A DNA stretch of 32,000 nt, from NCBI RefSeq assembly GCF_018398935.1, contig NZ_CP074694.1, positions 3,240,001 through 3,272,000 of the forward strand, in the 5' to 3' direction. The notes under the pieces are model-generated. The model saw nothing but the letters and a program-made list of their open reading frames with translations. It had not been told where the DNA came from and made no database searches. Made by a program: the position numbers and the translations under genes. Each line of letters begins with the position of its first letter. Positions within the stretch are counted from its first letter, which is position 1. This document shows positions 15,121 through 24,589 of the stretch, one piece after another. The DNA comes from Telmatocola sphagniphila. Its GTDB lineage: Bacteria; Planctomycetota; Planctomycetia; Gemmatales; Gemmataceae.

Positions 15121-15940
15121 TGAGTCCGAAAACATCTCGAAAGAGCATTTTGCAGATAAAGAAAATATTGGAGATATAACGCCCGCCGAGTCTTCGGGGC
15201 TCCTGCAACCAGCGAAACAGCCATTCCAGTCCCACTTTTTGCATCCAACGCGGGGCGCGAGCCAACCGCCCCGACATGAAGTCGAAAGTCCCCCCGATCT
15301 GAACCGCCAGCGGCACGCCCGTCTGAGCCAGATTCTCACTCATCCAGTACTCCCCTTTGGGTTGCCCGAATGCCACGAACAATAAATGCGTATTGCTCTG
15401 CCGAATCCGCTCCAGTTGAGCCTTGTGCTCTTCCTCCGTTAATTGGCGAAACGGCGGACACTCGATCCCGGCGATTTCCAGCCCGGGATATTTTTCTTTC
15501 ATCTTTTGGGCAGCGATTTCCGCGGTTCCTGGCGCCCCCCCGAGAAAATAGAGGCGGTATTTTTTTTCAGCCGCGTGGGCACAGAGTAGCGGGATTAGGT
15601 CGGCCCCGGCCACGCGCTCGGGCAGTTTTTTCTTGCGGAACCGAGTCGCCCAGACGATCGGCTTGCCATCCGCGAGGATGAATGAGGCTTTTTCGTTGAT
15701 CTCCTTCAGGCGGTCGTTTCGCTCGCAGAGCATCACGTAGTTCAGATTGGCGGTGATGAAATACTTGGGCGATCCGCCGCCGGTAATGCACTGGTCGATA
15801 TGCTCGAGAGTCTGCGACATCGTGAAGGGAGCAAACGGTACACCCCAGACTCGTACTGGCTCGAAGCGGCTCGCGGAGGTCATTTCTGGACTTTCGATCA
15901 TTTCTGTCTCTGGTTCGGCGACTAAACGACCAAGTGTCAC
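15107..15940 (-). CDS. WecB/TagA/CpsF family glycosyltransferase
   Basis: Family-typical blocks FITANLNYVM, ILADGKPIVWA, YFLGGAPG and WMQKVGLEWLFRWLQEPRRL..RY. Start is GTG at 15940 or ATG at 15901. Confidence 0.85.
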   Translation of the reverse strand: MTLGRLVAEPETEMIESPEMTSASRFEPVRVWGVPFAPFTMSQTLEHIDQCITGGGSPKYFITANLNYVMLCERNDRLKEINEKASFILADGKPIVWATRFRKKKLPERVAGADLIPLLCAHAAEKKYRLYFLGGAPGTAEIAAQKMKEKYPGLEIAGIECPPFRQLTEEEHKAQLERIRQSNTHLLFVAFGQPKGEYWMSENLAQTGVPLAVQIGGTFDFMSGRLARAPRWMQKVGLEWLFRWLQEPRRLGGRYISNIFFICKMLFRDVFGLNKGK

Positions 15941-16115
15941 TTGGGATTATGCTGCTGATTGTTCCAATTCTACTACAAGATCTGAATTTTCGGGGATTTC
16001 TGATTGCTAGGGAATGAAACTGGCTTATAGTTTTTGCAGGAGCCTGAACTTTGAGGAAAAGGATGGTCCTCCAGGCAAGCTCGGTAAACTTTAACGACTG
16101 GATATTTGGTAACGA

Positions 16116-17288
16116 ATGGATTGGGTTTTACTAGTACTGGTCATCTTCGTCACAGTGCCTCTCGTGGTGCTGGCCAGTGAGCTATTTTTGTCGCTGATCG
16201 CCAAGAATCGTCCCAGCGCCCGACTGGTGGCCCATCGGACTTCCTGCGCCATACTGGTCCCGGCACATAACGAAGAAGCTGGCATCACCAAAACTATCAA
16301 ATCGATTCAGGATCAGATGCGTCCCGGAGATCGATTGGTAATCGTGGCGGATAACTGTGCCGACAGGACCGCGGAAAAAGCGCGGACCACGGGCTGCGAA
16401 GTGCTGGAACGCTTTGACGATATCAATCGAGGTAAAGGTTTTGCGCTCGATTTCGGAATGAAGCATCTCCTGACTGCTCCGCCAGAAATCGTCGTGGTGA
16501 TAGATGCCGACTGCGGCTTGCATCCGGGCTCACTGGACGTGATCGTGTATCAGGCCGAGCGTACGAACCGACCGGTTCAAGCCGTTTATTTGCTGAATGC
16601 TCGGCCCAATGCGAGTGCCAAAGAACAGATCTCCAACTTCGCCATGCTGGTAAAGAATCGAGTACGGCCCTATGGCCTGCATCAGATCGGTGTACCTTGT
16701 CTTTTGACAGGCACGGGAATGGCTTTCCCCTGGCCGATGTTTCGCGATGCCGAGCATGGCACCGGAAATATCGTCGAAGATATGAAACTCGGAGTGGATC
16801 TGGCTCTGGTCGGCACACCGCCGCTGTTCGAACCCGATGCGCTGGTGACGAGTGATCCCGCTCCCACGAGTTTGGCCACGATCAAGCAGAGAACGCGTTG
16901 GGAGCATGGTCACGTCAAGACACTCACCACCCAAGCCCCTCGTTTGCTTTTGACGGGGCTTAAGAAGTTTCGCGCAAGTTTGGTTCTTCTGGCACTTGAT
17001 TTAGCGGTTCCACCGGTTTCGCTGTTGTTGACGACTTGGGCATTTATGCTAGTTGTTTGTGCAGCGTGGTGGCAGCTTGAAGGAGGCTGGAGAATTTTAC
17101 CAATAATTCTTACGAGCGCTTTCGGGTTGAATTTGGTGGCACTAGCTATGGTGTGGCTGAAATTTGGCCGAAACACCGTGAAGTTGATAACCCTTGCAAA
17201 AATCCCTTGGTATATCGTGTCGAAGATACCGATTTATTTGAAATTGGTCGTTTCTCCGCAGAAAAAGTGGGTGCGGACGGACCGTTAG
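16116..17288 (+). CDS. Family 2 glycosyltransferase, synthase-like (QxxRW motif, C-terminal TM helices)
   Basis: ILVPAHNEE, a DxD-type motif (VVIDADCG), VEDMKLG, and QRTRWEHG (Q-x-x-R-W). These are followed by several hydrophobic helices (LVLLALDLAVPPVSLLLTTWAFMLVVCAAWW, ILPIILTSAFGLNLVALAMVW). Confidence 0.85.
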   Translation: MDWVLLVLVIFVTVPLVVLASELFLSLIAKNRPSARLVAHRTSCAILVPAHNEEAGITKTIKSIQDQMRPGDRLVIVADNCADRTAEKARTTGCEVLERFDDINRGKGFALDFGMKHLLTAPPEIVVVIDADCGLHPGSLDVIVYQAERTNRPVQAVYLLNARPNASAKEQISNFAMLVKNRVRPYGLHQIGVPCLLTGTGMAFPWPMFRDAEHGTGNIVEDMKLGVDLALVGTPPLFEPDALVTSDPAPTSLATIKQRTRWEHGHVKTLTTQAPRLLLTGLKKFRASLVLLALDLAVPPVSLLLTTWAFMLVVCAAWWQLEGGWRILPIILTSAFGLNLVALAMVWLKFGRNTVKLITLAKIPWYIVSKIPIYLKLVVSPQKKWVRTDR

Positions 17289-17438
17289 TAAACGGCGAAC
17301 GATCTGTTGATCGTACGTTTGTGAAAGCTTTAATCGGTCCGATTTTTGCTAGTGAAGGAATTTCTCCAATATGTCTTTAATTACCGGTTGAATCGGTAAT
17401 AATAGCTGAAGTAATTTTTGGTACTGAGTAGATCACGT

Positions 17439-18140
17439 ATGCAACTGTTAGAGAGTCCACCGATCTCGGCCCCAGTATCGGTAACAACGACGAAGATGTT
17501 ACCGGTCTACCTGCAGACCGCAGCCACTAACTCGGCTACGTACGCACTCGCCAAAAGAATACTGGATGTCGCGGTGGCCGCGATCATGCTCCTTTGCTTG
17601 ATGCCGTTATTTCTGGTCATTGGCCTGATCATCAAGTTTACCGACGGCGGCCCGATCTTTTTCAAGCAACGCCGGGTCGGCTTGAACGGCAAAGTGTTCG
17701 ACTTCTATAAGTTTCGCTCAATGGTCATCAACGCCGAAGCTCTGAAGGCCCAGTTGATGGAAAAGAACAAGCATAATAACTCGATTACTTTTAAGATGAA
17801 TCGCGATCCGCGAGTTACCTGGATCGGCCGCATCATTCGAAAAACCAGTATCGATGAATTACCCCAGTTTTTCAACGTTCTCTGCGGCGATATGTCGCTC
17901 GTCGGTCCGCGGCCCGCAGTAGTTTCGGAAGTGGAAAAATACACTTCGCATGAACGTCGCCGTCTCGGCACCCTGCCCGGTCTCACTTGCATCTGGCAGG
18001 TGAGTGGGCGAGCGGATCTGGATTTCCGCCAGCAGGTCGAACTCGACCTTCGCTACATTCGGGAACGAAGTTTTTGGCTAGATGTTCAACTGATGTTTAA
18101 AACGATCCCGGCTGTGCTTTCTGGTAAGGGTGCTTACTAG
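17439..18140 (+). CDS. Polyprenyl-phosphate sugar-phosphate transferase (bacterial sugar transferase family, small single-TM type)
   Basis: Hallmark DELPQFFNVLCGDMSLVGPRP, FKQRRVG and YKFRSM. One TM helix (VAVAAIMLLCLMPLFLVIGLII). First ATG is at 17439, and the listed ORF begins at TTG 17418. Confidence 0.85.
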   Translation: MQLLESPPISAPVSVTTTKMLPVYLQTAATNSATYALAKRILDVAVAAIMLLCLMPLFLVIGLIIKFTDGGPIFFKQRRVGLNGKVFDFYKFRSMVINAEALKAQLMEKNKHNNSITFKMNRDPRVTWIGRIIRKTSIDELPQFFNVLCGDMSLVGPRPAVVSEVEKYTSHERRRLGTLPGLTCIWQVSGRADLDFRQQVELDLRYIRERSFWLDVQLMFKTIPAVLSGKGAY

Positions 18141-18304
18141 TTATTCGTTTTGTGCCGATTCTTCCAACTCTAGGAATCGGCCGGTTCTCCGAGGGGTTCG
18201 GTTTCTGCGGATCGCGCCTTGAGACCGACGGACTATTACGACTTTCACTTCCGCTTCAATCCAATTTACCCCAACTCTCCCGTCGATGATCCACGCAAGC
18301 CCGC

Positions 18305-18625
18305 ATGGAGAATCTGAGAATGGCTAGTTTCTACGTCCTGCCGCCCCGCGCCCTACTACAGCGACAACTTCGTTCGATCGTCAGTGCGTACCTGCCTGGT
18401 GCCCGAATCAATGAGGAGGTACTCCTGGAACTATTCCACAACCAGGCCGATGATCAGCATTTCATTCTGCATCGGGAAGACCTGCCCGAAGGTATGGCTC
18501 CCCTGGAAGCCTTAGAATTGTTCTTCGGGGCGGAAGCAGGCGATCAGATTCTTCAGATTTCCAGTAGCGGCAATATCGAATCTCCCCGGGTTAAAGCGCT
18601 GGATACCGAAAAACTGGTGGCTTAA
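18305..18625 (+). CDS. Hypothetical protein (106 aa)
   Basis: An ORF on the same strand as its neighbours, with no motif I recognise. An alternative start is MASFYV at 18320. Confidence 0.45.
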   Translation: MENLRMASFYVLPPRALLQRQLRSIVSAYLPGARINEEVLLELFHNQADDQHFILHREDLPEGMAPLEALELFFGAEAGDQILQISSSGNIESPRVKALDTEKLVA

Positions 18626-18655
18626 GCAGGTTTCCCCTCAGCAAACGGGGGGAGT

Positions 18656-18664
18656 TGCTATAAT
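18656..18664 (+). promoter_or_regulatory. Extended -10 promoter-like element TGCTATAAT
   Basis: TGnTATAAT consensus match at 18656-18664, 27 nt upstream of the ATG at 18692. No good -35 is present. It follows a CCCC...GGGG hairpin at about 18633-18652. Confidence 0.35.
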
Positions 18665-18691
18665 AAGTTCATCTCAACAGGTAGAGTAAAT

Positions 18692-19237
18692 ATGACGATG
18701 AACGACGCCAACAATAGTAGTGATCCGTGGGATTCCCTGGCCGAAGATTTGGGAGTCTCCTCCCATTCCCCCACGCACTCTCATTCCGCCCCTATGCACG
18801 AAGAATCCGATGCTTTCGTGGAACACGAAAGCCCCTCATCTATTGAAGATGGCCCAGAACTGCTGGACGCACCCGAGTTACTGGAAGAACCTTCGGATAT
18901 CGAAAGTAATTCCGAAGCATCCGCCGAGGATCCTTCGGGCTTAGATGCCCCTCGCAAAAAACGCCGTCGTAGACGCCGTGGGAAAAAGCGAGCCGATGGC
19001 GAAACTGAAACCGGCGAAGGGGGCGAAGTAGCTGAAGCCGATCAAGCTGGTTCAGAGAATGCGGATATGGCGGGTACCGGTGATTTGGAAGACGAAGAAG
19101 AAGACGAAGTCGCCCGTCCTCAGCGAACGGCGGCGATTGAAGAAGAAATGGATGCCGATCCCTCCCACGAGCAGAAAGCATGGAGCGTGACTTCGTGGAA
19201 GGATCTGGTCGCCGGGCTTTACCGACCAGAAAGATGA
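18692..19237 (+). CDS. Acidic low-complexity protein with a poly-basic tract
   Basis: The 181-aa product is rich in E/D/S. It has a central RKKRRRRRRGKKR tract and a C-terminal WSVTSWKDLVAGLYRP. The stop lies 16 nt before the next gene's start. The opposite-strand ORF 18840..19379 is judged a shadow. Confidence 0.55.
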   Translation: MTMNDANNSSDPWDSLAEDLGVSSHSPTHSHSAPMHEESDAFVEHESPSSIEDGPELLDAPELLEEPSDIESNSEASAEDPSGLDAPRKKRRRRRRGKKRADGETETGEGGEVAEADQAGSENADMAGTGDLEDEEEDEVARPQRTAAIEEEMDADPSHEQKAWSVTSWKDLVAGLYRPER

Positions 19238-19253
19238 TCGCGAGTGGCACCCA

Positions 19254-19700
19254 ATGATTGAAGCAAGCATTAAGAAGGTCGATATTAATTCTCTGCCGCA
19301 GGTTGCGGAGATTTATAACCAGATTTTTCGACCGGTGCGAACCGTCGAAAATCTGGAACGGCGTTTTCTCGGCCGACACAACCCGCTAATTCTTCTGGCC
19401 GAGGCCAAGGATCGTTCGGTCGGTTTCTTCGTCGGCTACGAATGGAAACCTTCCACCTTTTATGGCTGGTTCTACGGTGTGTTGCCCGATTTTCGGCGGC
19501 AAGGAATCACATCTCAGCTGATGGAATATGCCCACCGCTGGGCCACCGAACAGAAGTATGCCCGCTTCCGAATCGAGTGTTTCAATAGCCAGCGGCCGAT
19601 GCTGCATTTGGCCATCGAACTTGGCTTCGATGTGCTGGGACTGCGCTACGATGTGGATCACAAAGAAAATCTGATTCTCTTCGAGAAAGCTCTGGGTTAA
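19254..19700 (+). CDS. GNAT family N-acetyltransferase
   Basis: Motif A context VLPDFRRQGITSQLM and a size of 148 aa. Confidence 0.8.
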   Translation: MIEASIKKVDINSLPQVAEIYNQIFRPVRTVENLERRFLGRHNPLILLAEAKDRSVGFFVGYEWKPSTFYGWFYGVLPDFRRQGITSQLMEYAHRWATEQKYARFRIECFNSQRPMLHLAIELGFDVLGLRYDVDHKENLILFEKALG

Positions 19701-19702
19701 TT

Positions 19703-21994
19703 TCACGGAATGTAGACGAACTCATTCGAATTCAAAATCGCCAGACAGAGATCCGCCCAGGCCGCTAAGGACGCTTTATCCAGATTCGCTTCCGTATTAA
19801 AAGTTCGAATAGTCTCTGCCCGGTCCATTCTTTTTTGCACCAAAGCTTTTTGATTCCCGAGAAACTCCAACGCACTTTGAACTTCCGATTCGGTCGGCTT
19901 GCGACTGTACGCACGCCGGTAGAGTTGCTCGACGGCGGACGATTGCGAAAGTTCCTTTTTCGTCCAGATCGCTTCCGCTAATCTGGTACTCTCCTCCAAC
20001 AGAAAAGGCCCATTCATTAGCACGAGGCTTTGGGGTGCAAACGTAGAACGAACTCTTTCCGGGCAGGGAGAAAGCCGATCGGGTTGATCAAAAGCTTCGA
20101 AGATCGGCAATCGCACGTTTCGCTTTCCGAAGAGATAGAGACTTCGCCGATTCCATTGCCGGGAATCCTTGGTTACGGCCCACAGCCCTGCGGGTTCATC
20201 CTCTGTGAATATTAGATCATAAACTTCCGGCTCCAAGGGAACTTTGATCGAAGGGCCGCCCTGTTCCCGATTGAGCCGACCATTGGCAATCAGCACCGAA
20301 TCCCGGATGGCTTCACCCTCCAGCCTTTTTCGATTCATCCGCCACAGCAAACGATTTTCGGGATCCGACTCCAGTCCTTTTGCATCCGGGCGGCAGGAAC
20401 TGCCTTGGCGATAGGTATTGGAAAGAACCAGCATTCGTAAGATCGGCTTGGACTTCCAACCTCCTCGGGTGAACTGCAAAGCCAGCCAGTCGAGGAGTTC
20501 AGGATGGCTCGGCCGGCTTCCTCGGGTCCCAAAATCGTTGGGGGTAGAGACCAGCCCTCGACCGAACAAATGCTGCCAGAGCCGATTTACCCAAACGCGG
20601 CTCGTGAGCGGATGTTCGGGTCGGGTGAGCCAGCGGGCCAAATCCAACCGAGAGAATTTCGAGTTCGTCGGCGACTGAGTTACCTGTAACACACGAGGAT
20701 AATCCGGTTCAACTGCCACCACTTTTCGGGACAATTCTCCACGCCGGAGAATATAGGCCTTTTGTCCCTTATCTTCATTCTGGATTGCAGTGGCTTGCGA
20801 GGGGGGAACGGGAAGTTCGGCTTCGAGGTTACTCAAGTGCTGCCGGAGCAATTCTCGTTTTTTCCTGTCTTCCGGGCTCAAAGCTCCCAGGATCTGATCC
20901 CAAGTCACCTTGGTGAGCGCTTGCGCATTTTTAGCGAGCTGCTTTTGTTCCTCGGAGCGTCGATCGGCCGGGAGTTCGAGAGCTTCCCGAAACTTCGGTT
21001 CCAGCGCTGCTTTTCTCTCTTGCCGGAGCTTCTGCTCATAGGCTTTGTCGATTGCGGAAATTTGATTTTTGATCGGCGCAATTTTCAGCATAACCTCCAT
21101 GAGTTTTTTGGCATGTTCGTCGCGCTCGGCCTTGGTGGAAAAGTCGATTTCCTTGAGCTGTGCTGAAGTGAAAAAAGCTTCCAGCCGATAATAATCTCCC
21201 TGTGAAACGGGATCGAATTTATGGTCGTGGCAACGGGCGCAATTCACTGTGAGTCCCAGCACCGCCGAGCCCAACCCGTAGACCATCTCGGTCAGCACTT
21301 CCTGCCGAACTTCCTGGGGATTGAGGTTTCCGGATACGACATGAATTTGTCCGCAGCGATGCATTCCGGTAGCGACCCAGAGATCGCTCACCTCTCGAGG
21401 GTCCTTGCCTTGAGCCATTTCATCTCCCGCAATTTGTTCTGTCAAGAAGCGGTCGAAGGGCTTGTCGTCATTGAAGGACCGAATGACGTAATCCCGATAG
21501 CGCCAGGCATGGGGCCGATCGGCGTTCAGTTCGTAGCCGTTGGACTCGGCGAAGCGCACCAAATCCAGCCAGTGCATCGCCCAGCGTTCCCCAAAATGAG
21601 GGGAATTCAATAAACGATCCACCAGAGCTTCATAGGCGTCCGCCCGAGTGTCCTCTAAAAATTTTTCCTGTTCCTCCAGAGTCGGTATCAATCCGGTTAA
21701 GTCGAACGTGACTCGCCGTAACAAGCTGATTTTGTCCGCAGACTCAGAGGGAGTAAGGCCTTTCTGCTCCAGGGCCTGCAGGATAAAAGCATCAATCGGA
21801 TTTCGGATCCAATTCGTATTTCTTGGTCGGGGAATTTCCGGCGCTTTCGGCGGTTGAAATGCCCAATGTGCGCGATCGGCCGCCGTCAGTTTAGGCTCCT
21901 GGTATACGAATTTGTCCTGACTGCTCAAAAATTGGGATGAGGCGAGCAAAATTAGACTGGCCAGAACGGCAGAGGCAAGTGAATTCCCAAGCAT
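19703..21994 (-). CDS. DUF1549/DUF1553 (PSCyt2/PSD1) domain protein with signal peptide
   Basis: Blocks FILQALEQKGL, LLRRVTFDLTGLIP, PHFGERWAMHWLDLVRFAESNGYE (DUF1549) and LARWLT.PEHPLTSRVWVNRLWQHLFGRGLV.TPNDFG..G..PSHPELLDWLA (DUF1553). Confidence 0.9.
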   Translation of the reverse strand: MLGNSLASAVLASLILLASSQFLSSQDKFVYQEPKLTAADRAHWAFQPPKAPEIPRPRNTNWIRNPIDAFILQALEQKGLTPSESADKISLLRRVTFDLTGLIPTLEEQEKFLEDTRADAYEALVDRLLNSPHFGERWAMHWLDLVRFAESNGYELNADRPHAWRYRDYVIRSFNDDKPFDRFLTEQIAGDEMAQGKDPREVSDLWVATGMHRCGQIHVVSGNLNPQEVRQEVLTEMVYGLGSAVLGLTVNCARCHDHKFDPVSQGDYYRLEAFFTSAQLKEIDFSTKAERDEHAKKLMEVMLKIAPIKNQISAIDKAYEQKLRQERKAALEPKFREALELPADRRSEEQKQLAKNAQALTKVTWDQILGALSPEDRKKRELLRQHLSNLEAELPVPPSQATAIQNEDKGQKAYILRRGELSRKVVAVEPDYPRVLQVTQSPTNSKFSRLDLARWLTRPEHPLTSRVWVNRLWQHLFGRGLVSTPNDFGTRGSRPSHPELLDWLALQFTRGGWKSKPILRMLVLSNTYRQGSSCRPDAKGLESDPENRLLWRMNRKRLEGEAIRDSVLIANGRLNREQGGPSIKVPLEPEVYDLIFTEDEPAGLWAVTKDSRQWNRRSLYLFGKRNVRLPIFEAFDQPDRLSPCPERVRSTFAPQSLVLMNGPFLLEESTRLAEAIWTKKELSQSSAVEQLYRRAYSRKPTESEVQSALEFLGNQKALVQKRMDRAETIRTFNTEANLDKASLAAWADLCLAILNSNEFVYIP

Positions 21995-22322
21995 CGCGTT
22001 CCCTTAAAAGGAGGCTGAAAAAGTGACGGCAAAATCCGATCAATCTCAATTTTTTTTGCTGGTAGATACCGATCGCCAGTTCAGTTTACCAGATCTGCTT
22101 GAGGAATTCAGTTCTCATTAAGAACAGTACGTTCGTTAGAACCCTAATTTTCCTCTATTTTCGACAAATTTGGCTTCTTTTTTGCCCAGGAAAAAGTGAC
22201 TTTAAAAATAGTCTCAAGCGAACCCGGTAAAACGTCGAAGGGTCAATGAGGTGATCCTTGGACTTCGTTTGACCCGGGGAGCGTATAATACAGTGAAGCC
22301 AACTTTTTCCCAGGTCGAACTT

Positions 22323-23621
22323 ATGATTGCCCCTTTACAGCTAAATGCCCCAGCGGAAATTTCCAACTCAGAGAATTCCGCCGCGGGATCAGATGAAGCA
22401 CTCGGGATTTACCTCAAACAAATGGGTGCAGTGCCCCTATTGTCCCGAAGCCACGAGTTTGAACTGGCCGAGCGACTTGATCGCCTGCGTTCTCGGTTTC
22501 GCTGGTCAGCGCTCCACTCCCCGATCGTTGCCCAATACTGCTTCCAACTCATCCAGAACACGCTTCAGTCGGGCAAACCGATTGACCCTCTTATTGAATC
22601 GGTGGGAACGGATAATCGAAGCAAAGAGAAGATCCTTTCGCGCTTGGAATTCCACTTCAAAACTCTGCCCGAACTTTTTGCTCGCGAAAAGCACCTCGCC
22701 TGCCATCCATATTCCGTTCGGAAGCGGTTTCGTAATCAGCGAAAAATTGCCCGACTCATGATGGAAATTTCGCCTCGGACCGAACTCCTGGAGAAAGCAA
22801 TTTTCCAGTGGGTCTCGCAGGTTCAGATGATTCGAGTGGCCATCCGACGACAATCGACCGATCTGAATGCCGTTCCGCTGGAGGAGCAGGTTTACCGCTG
22901 CTTCGGTATGTCTTCCAAATTGCTCGATCAGTTTATTCGAGTGTTGGAGCGACGAAACAAACTCTACAACGAAGCCCGCAACGCCTTGGCCGAAGCTAAC
23001 CTCCGCCTGGTTGTCTCGATCGCCAAAAAATATCGCAATCGCGGCCTGCCCTTCAACGACCTGATTCAAGAAGGCAATCGCGGCTTGATGCGAGCGGTCG
23101 ATAAATTTGAGTATCGACTCGGCTATAAATTCGGCACGTATGCAACTTGGTGGATACGGCAGGGAATCACGCGATCCTTGCAGGAATTCCAAAAGCTATC
23201 GCGCGTTCCGGATACCGAGACAACCATGCCTCGCTCGGCGGAGCTACTGGAAACCGATCCTCAGCCTAACCATCGCTGGCACGGCAAATTACCGCTTTCC
23301 CTGCAAGACCCCATCGGGGAAGATGGCGAACGCCTCGTCGAAGATTTCATCAGTGCTCGGGAAACTGTCGTGCCAGGTCAGGAAGTGGACCAACGCCTCC
23401 TTCGCGAACGCATCCAGGAAGTTCTGCGCTCTCTGACACCGCGTGAAAAGGAAATTATCGAGATGCGGTTTGGATTGCTCGATGGCCGGGGACGCACTTT
23501 GGATGAAGTCGCTCGCTTCTTTGGAGTGACCCGCGAACGGATACGCCAGATCGAGTGTCGAAGCCTCAGCAAACTTCGCATTACCTCCCGGTCCAACCGG
23601 CTGGTGGCCTTCAAGGAATAG
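22323..23621 (+). CDS. Sigma-70 family RNA polymerase sigma factor (atypical architecture)
   Basis: Region 1.2-like [26 protein letters not shown]. Region 2 is [60 protein letters not shown]. Region 4 is [15 protein letters not shown]...[20 protein letters not shown]. Start taken at the ATG at 22323. Confidence 0.85.
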   Translation: MIAPLQLNAPAEISNSENSAAGSDEALGIYLKQMGAVPLLSRSHEFELAERLDRLRSRFRWSALHSPIVAQYCFQLIQNTLQSGKPIDPLIESVGTDNRSKEKILSRLEFHFKTLPELFAREKHLACHPYSVRKRFRNQRKIARLMMEISPRTELLEKAIFQWVSQVQMIRVAIRRQSTDLNAVPLEEQVYRCFGMSSKLLDQFIRVLERRNKLYNEARNALAEANLRLVVSIAKKYRNRGLPFNDLIQEGNRGLMRAVDKFEYRLGYKFGTYATWWIRQGITRSLQEFQKLSRVPDTETTMPRSAELLETDPQPNHRWHGKLPLSLQDPIGEDGERLVEDFISARETVVPGQEVDQRLLRERIQEVLRSLTPREKEIIEMRFGLLDGRGRTLDEVARFFGVTRERIRQIECRSLSKLRITSRSNRLVAFKE

Positions 23622-23704
23622 GCCTACCTATTCCACTTATTCCCGCCTTTCTTCTGTTCCCCGGGATACTAAGATGTCCCTGCAGGAATAGAGGAGATAA
23701 TCGG

Positions 23705-24589
23705 ATGACCAACGAATTACCCGCCGCTTTTCAGAAGATTACGGAGCGGAACGCCCCACTGGCCAAATATACCTACCTCAAAATCGGTGGACCGGCTCAA
23801 TATCTGGTTTCTCCGAATACGCTCGAAGAACTCAGCGGCATCGTCAAATGGAGTTTCGACAGCAACCTCCCCTTACGAGTGCTCGGTGACGGGACCAACT
23901 TGGTCGTACGCGAGCAAAGTGTTCCTGGAATCGTCTTGAGACTGCGTTCCCCCGCCTTCTCCGGAATCGAAATTCAGGGCAAGCGAGTTAAAGTGGGCGG
24001 TGGTGCCACCCTGATGGAACTGATAAAAGCAACCGCCGTATGTAACCTCGCCGGCTTCGAAACGCTCGTGGGCATCACCGCCACCATCGGCGGTGCCCTG
24101 CGCTATAATGCGGGAGATCGTCAGGGAGAAATTGCCGATTGTTTCCGGGTGGCCCACGTTATCGACGAACAGGGGAAGCCGCAGTCTCGAGATCGCTGCG
24201 ATCTGCGCTTCGGCGATCATCGCTCCGATTTGGAGGATCCGGTCATCCATACCGTTGAGTTCGAACTGGAAAATGATAAAGTCGAGCACCTGGTGAAGCG
24301 CATGCGCCGCGCCTGGATTTACCGTAAAGAAACGATGCCCTACCCTCACCAAATCGCGCTGAGGATGTTCCGAACGCCTCGCGGACATCAGATGAACGAA
24401 CTGCTGTCCCCCTCATCCGTTCAGAGATTGAAATCGGGTTCCGCTTACGTCAGTGAAAGAAACAGTAACTATCTGATTGCAAACCCCGGGACAAAAGCCG
24501 AAGATATCCTTCACCTCGTGGAGTCGATCCAGACACGAGTTCGAGAGCACACCGGTGTCGTTCTGGAAAAGGAATTCAGCGTCTGGTGA
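23705..24589 (+). CDS. murB: UDP-N-acetylenolpyruvoylglucosamine reductase
   Basis: Listed ORF 23555..24589. Start taken at MTNELPAAF (23705). FAD-binding PCMH-type N-terminus (LAKYTYLKIGGPAQYLV, VLGDGTNLVV), with MurB-like length and C-terminal domain. Confidence 0.8.
   Translation: MTNELPAAFQKITERNAPLAKYTYLKIGGPAQYLVSPNTLEELSGIVKWSFDSNLPLRVLGDGTNLVVREQSVPGIVLRLRSPAFSGIEIQGKRVKVGGGATLMELIKATAVCNLAGFETLVGITATIGGALRYNAGDRQGEIADCFRVAHVIDEQGKPQSRDRCDLRFGDHRSDLEDPVIHTVEFELENDKVEHLVKRMRRAWIYRKETMPYPHQIALRMFRTPRGHQMNELLSPSSVQRLKSGSAYVSERNSNYLIANPGTKAEDILHLVESIQTRVREHTGVVLEKEFSVW

Noticed and set aside
18840-19379. A 179-aa minus-strand ORF overlapping the acidic protein gene and the GNAT start.
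   Set aside because: It runs against the local operon direction and overlaps the well-supported GNAT start. Its product is Arg/Leu/Pro-rich, as expected for the antisense of a GAA/GAT-rich gene.
23160-23300. The divergent region 3 of the sigma factor might reflect compensating frameshifts or a pseudogene. The alternative frame (ORF 23107..23436) contains RAFRIP.
   Set aside because: The annotated frame aligns residue-for-residue with the canonical ITRAIADQARTIRIP block ([15 protein letters not shown]). It continues without a stop into a normal region 4. The other frames hit stops or give nonsense.
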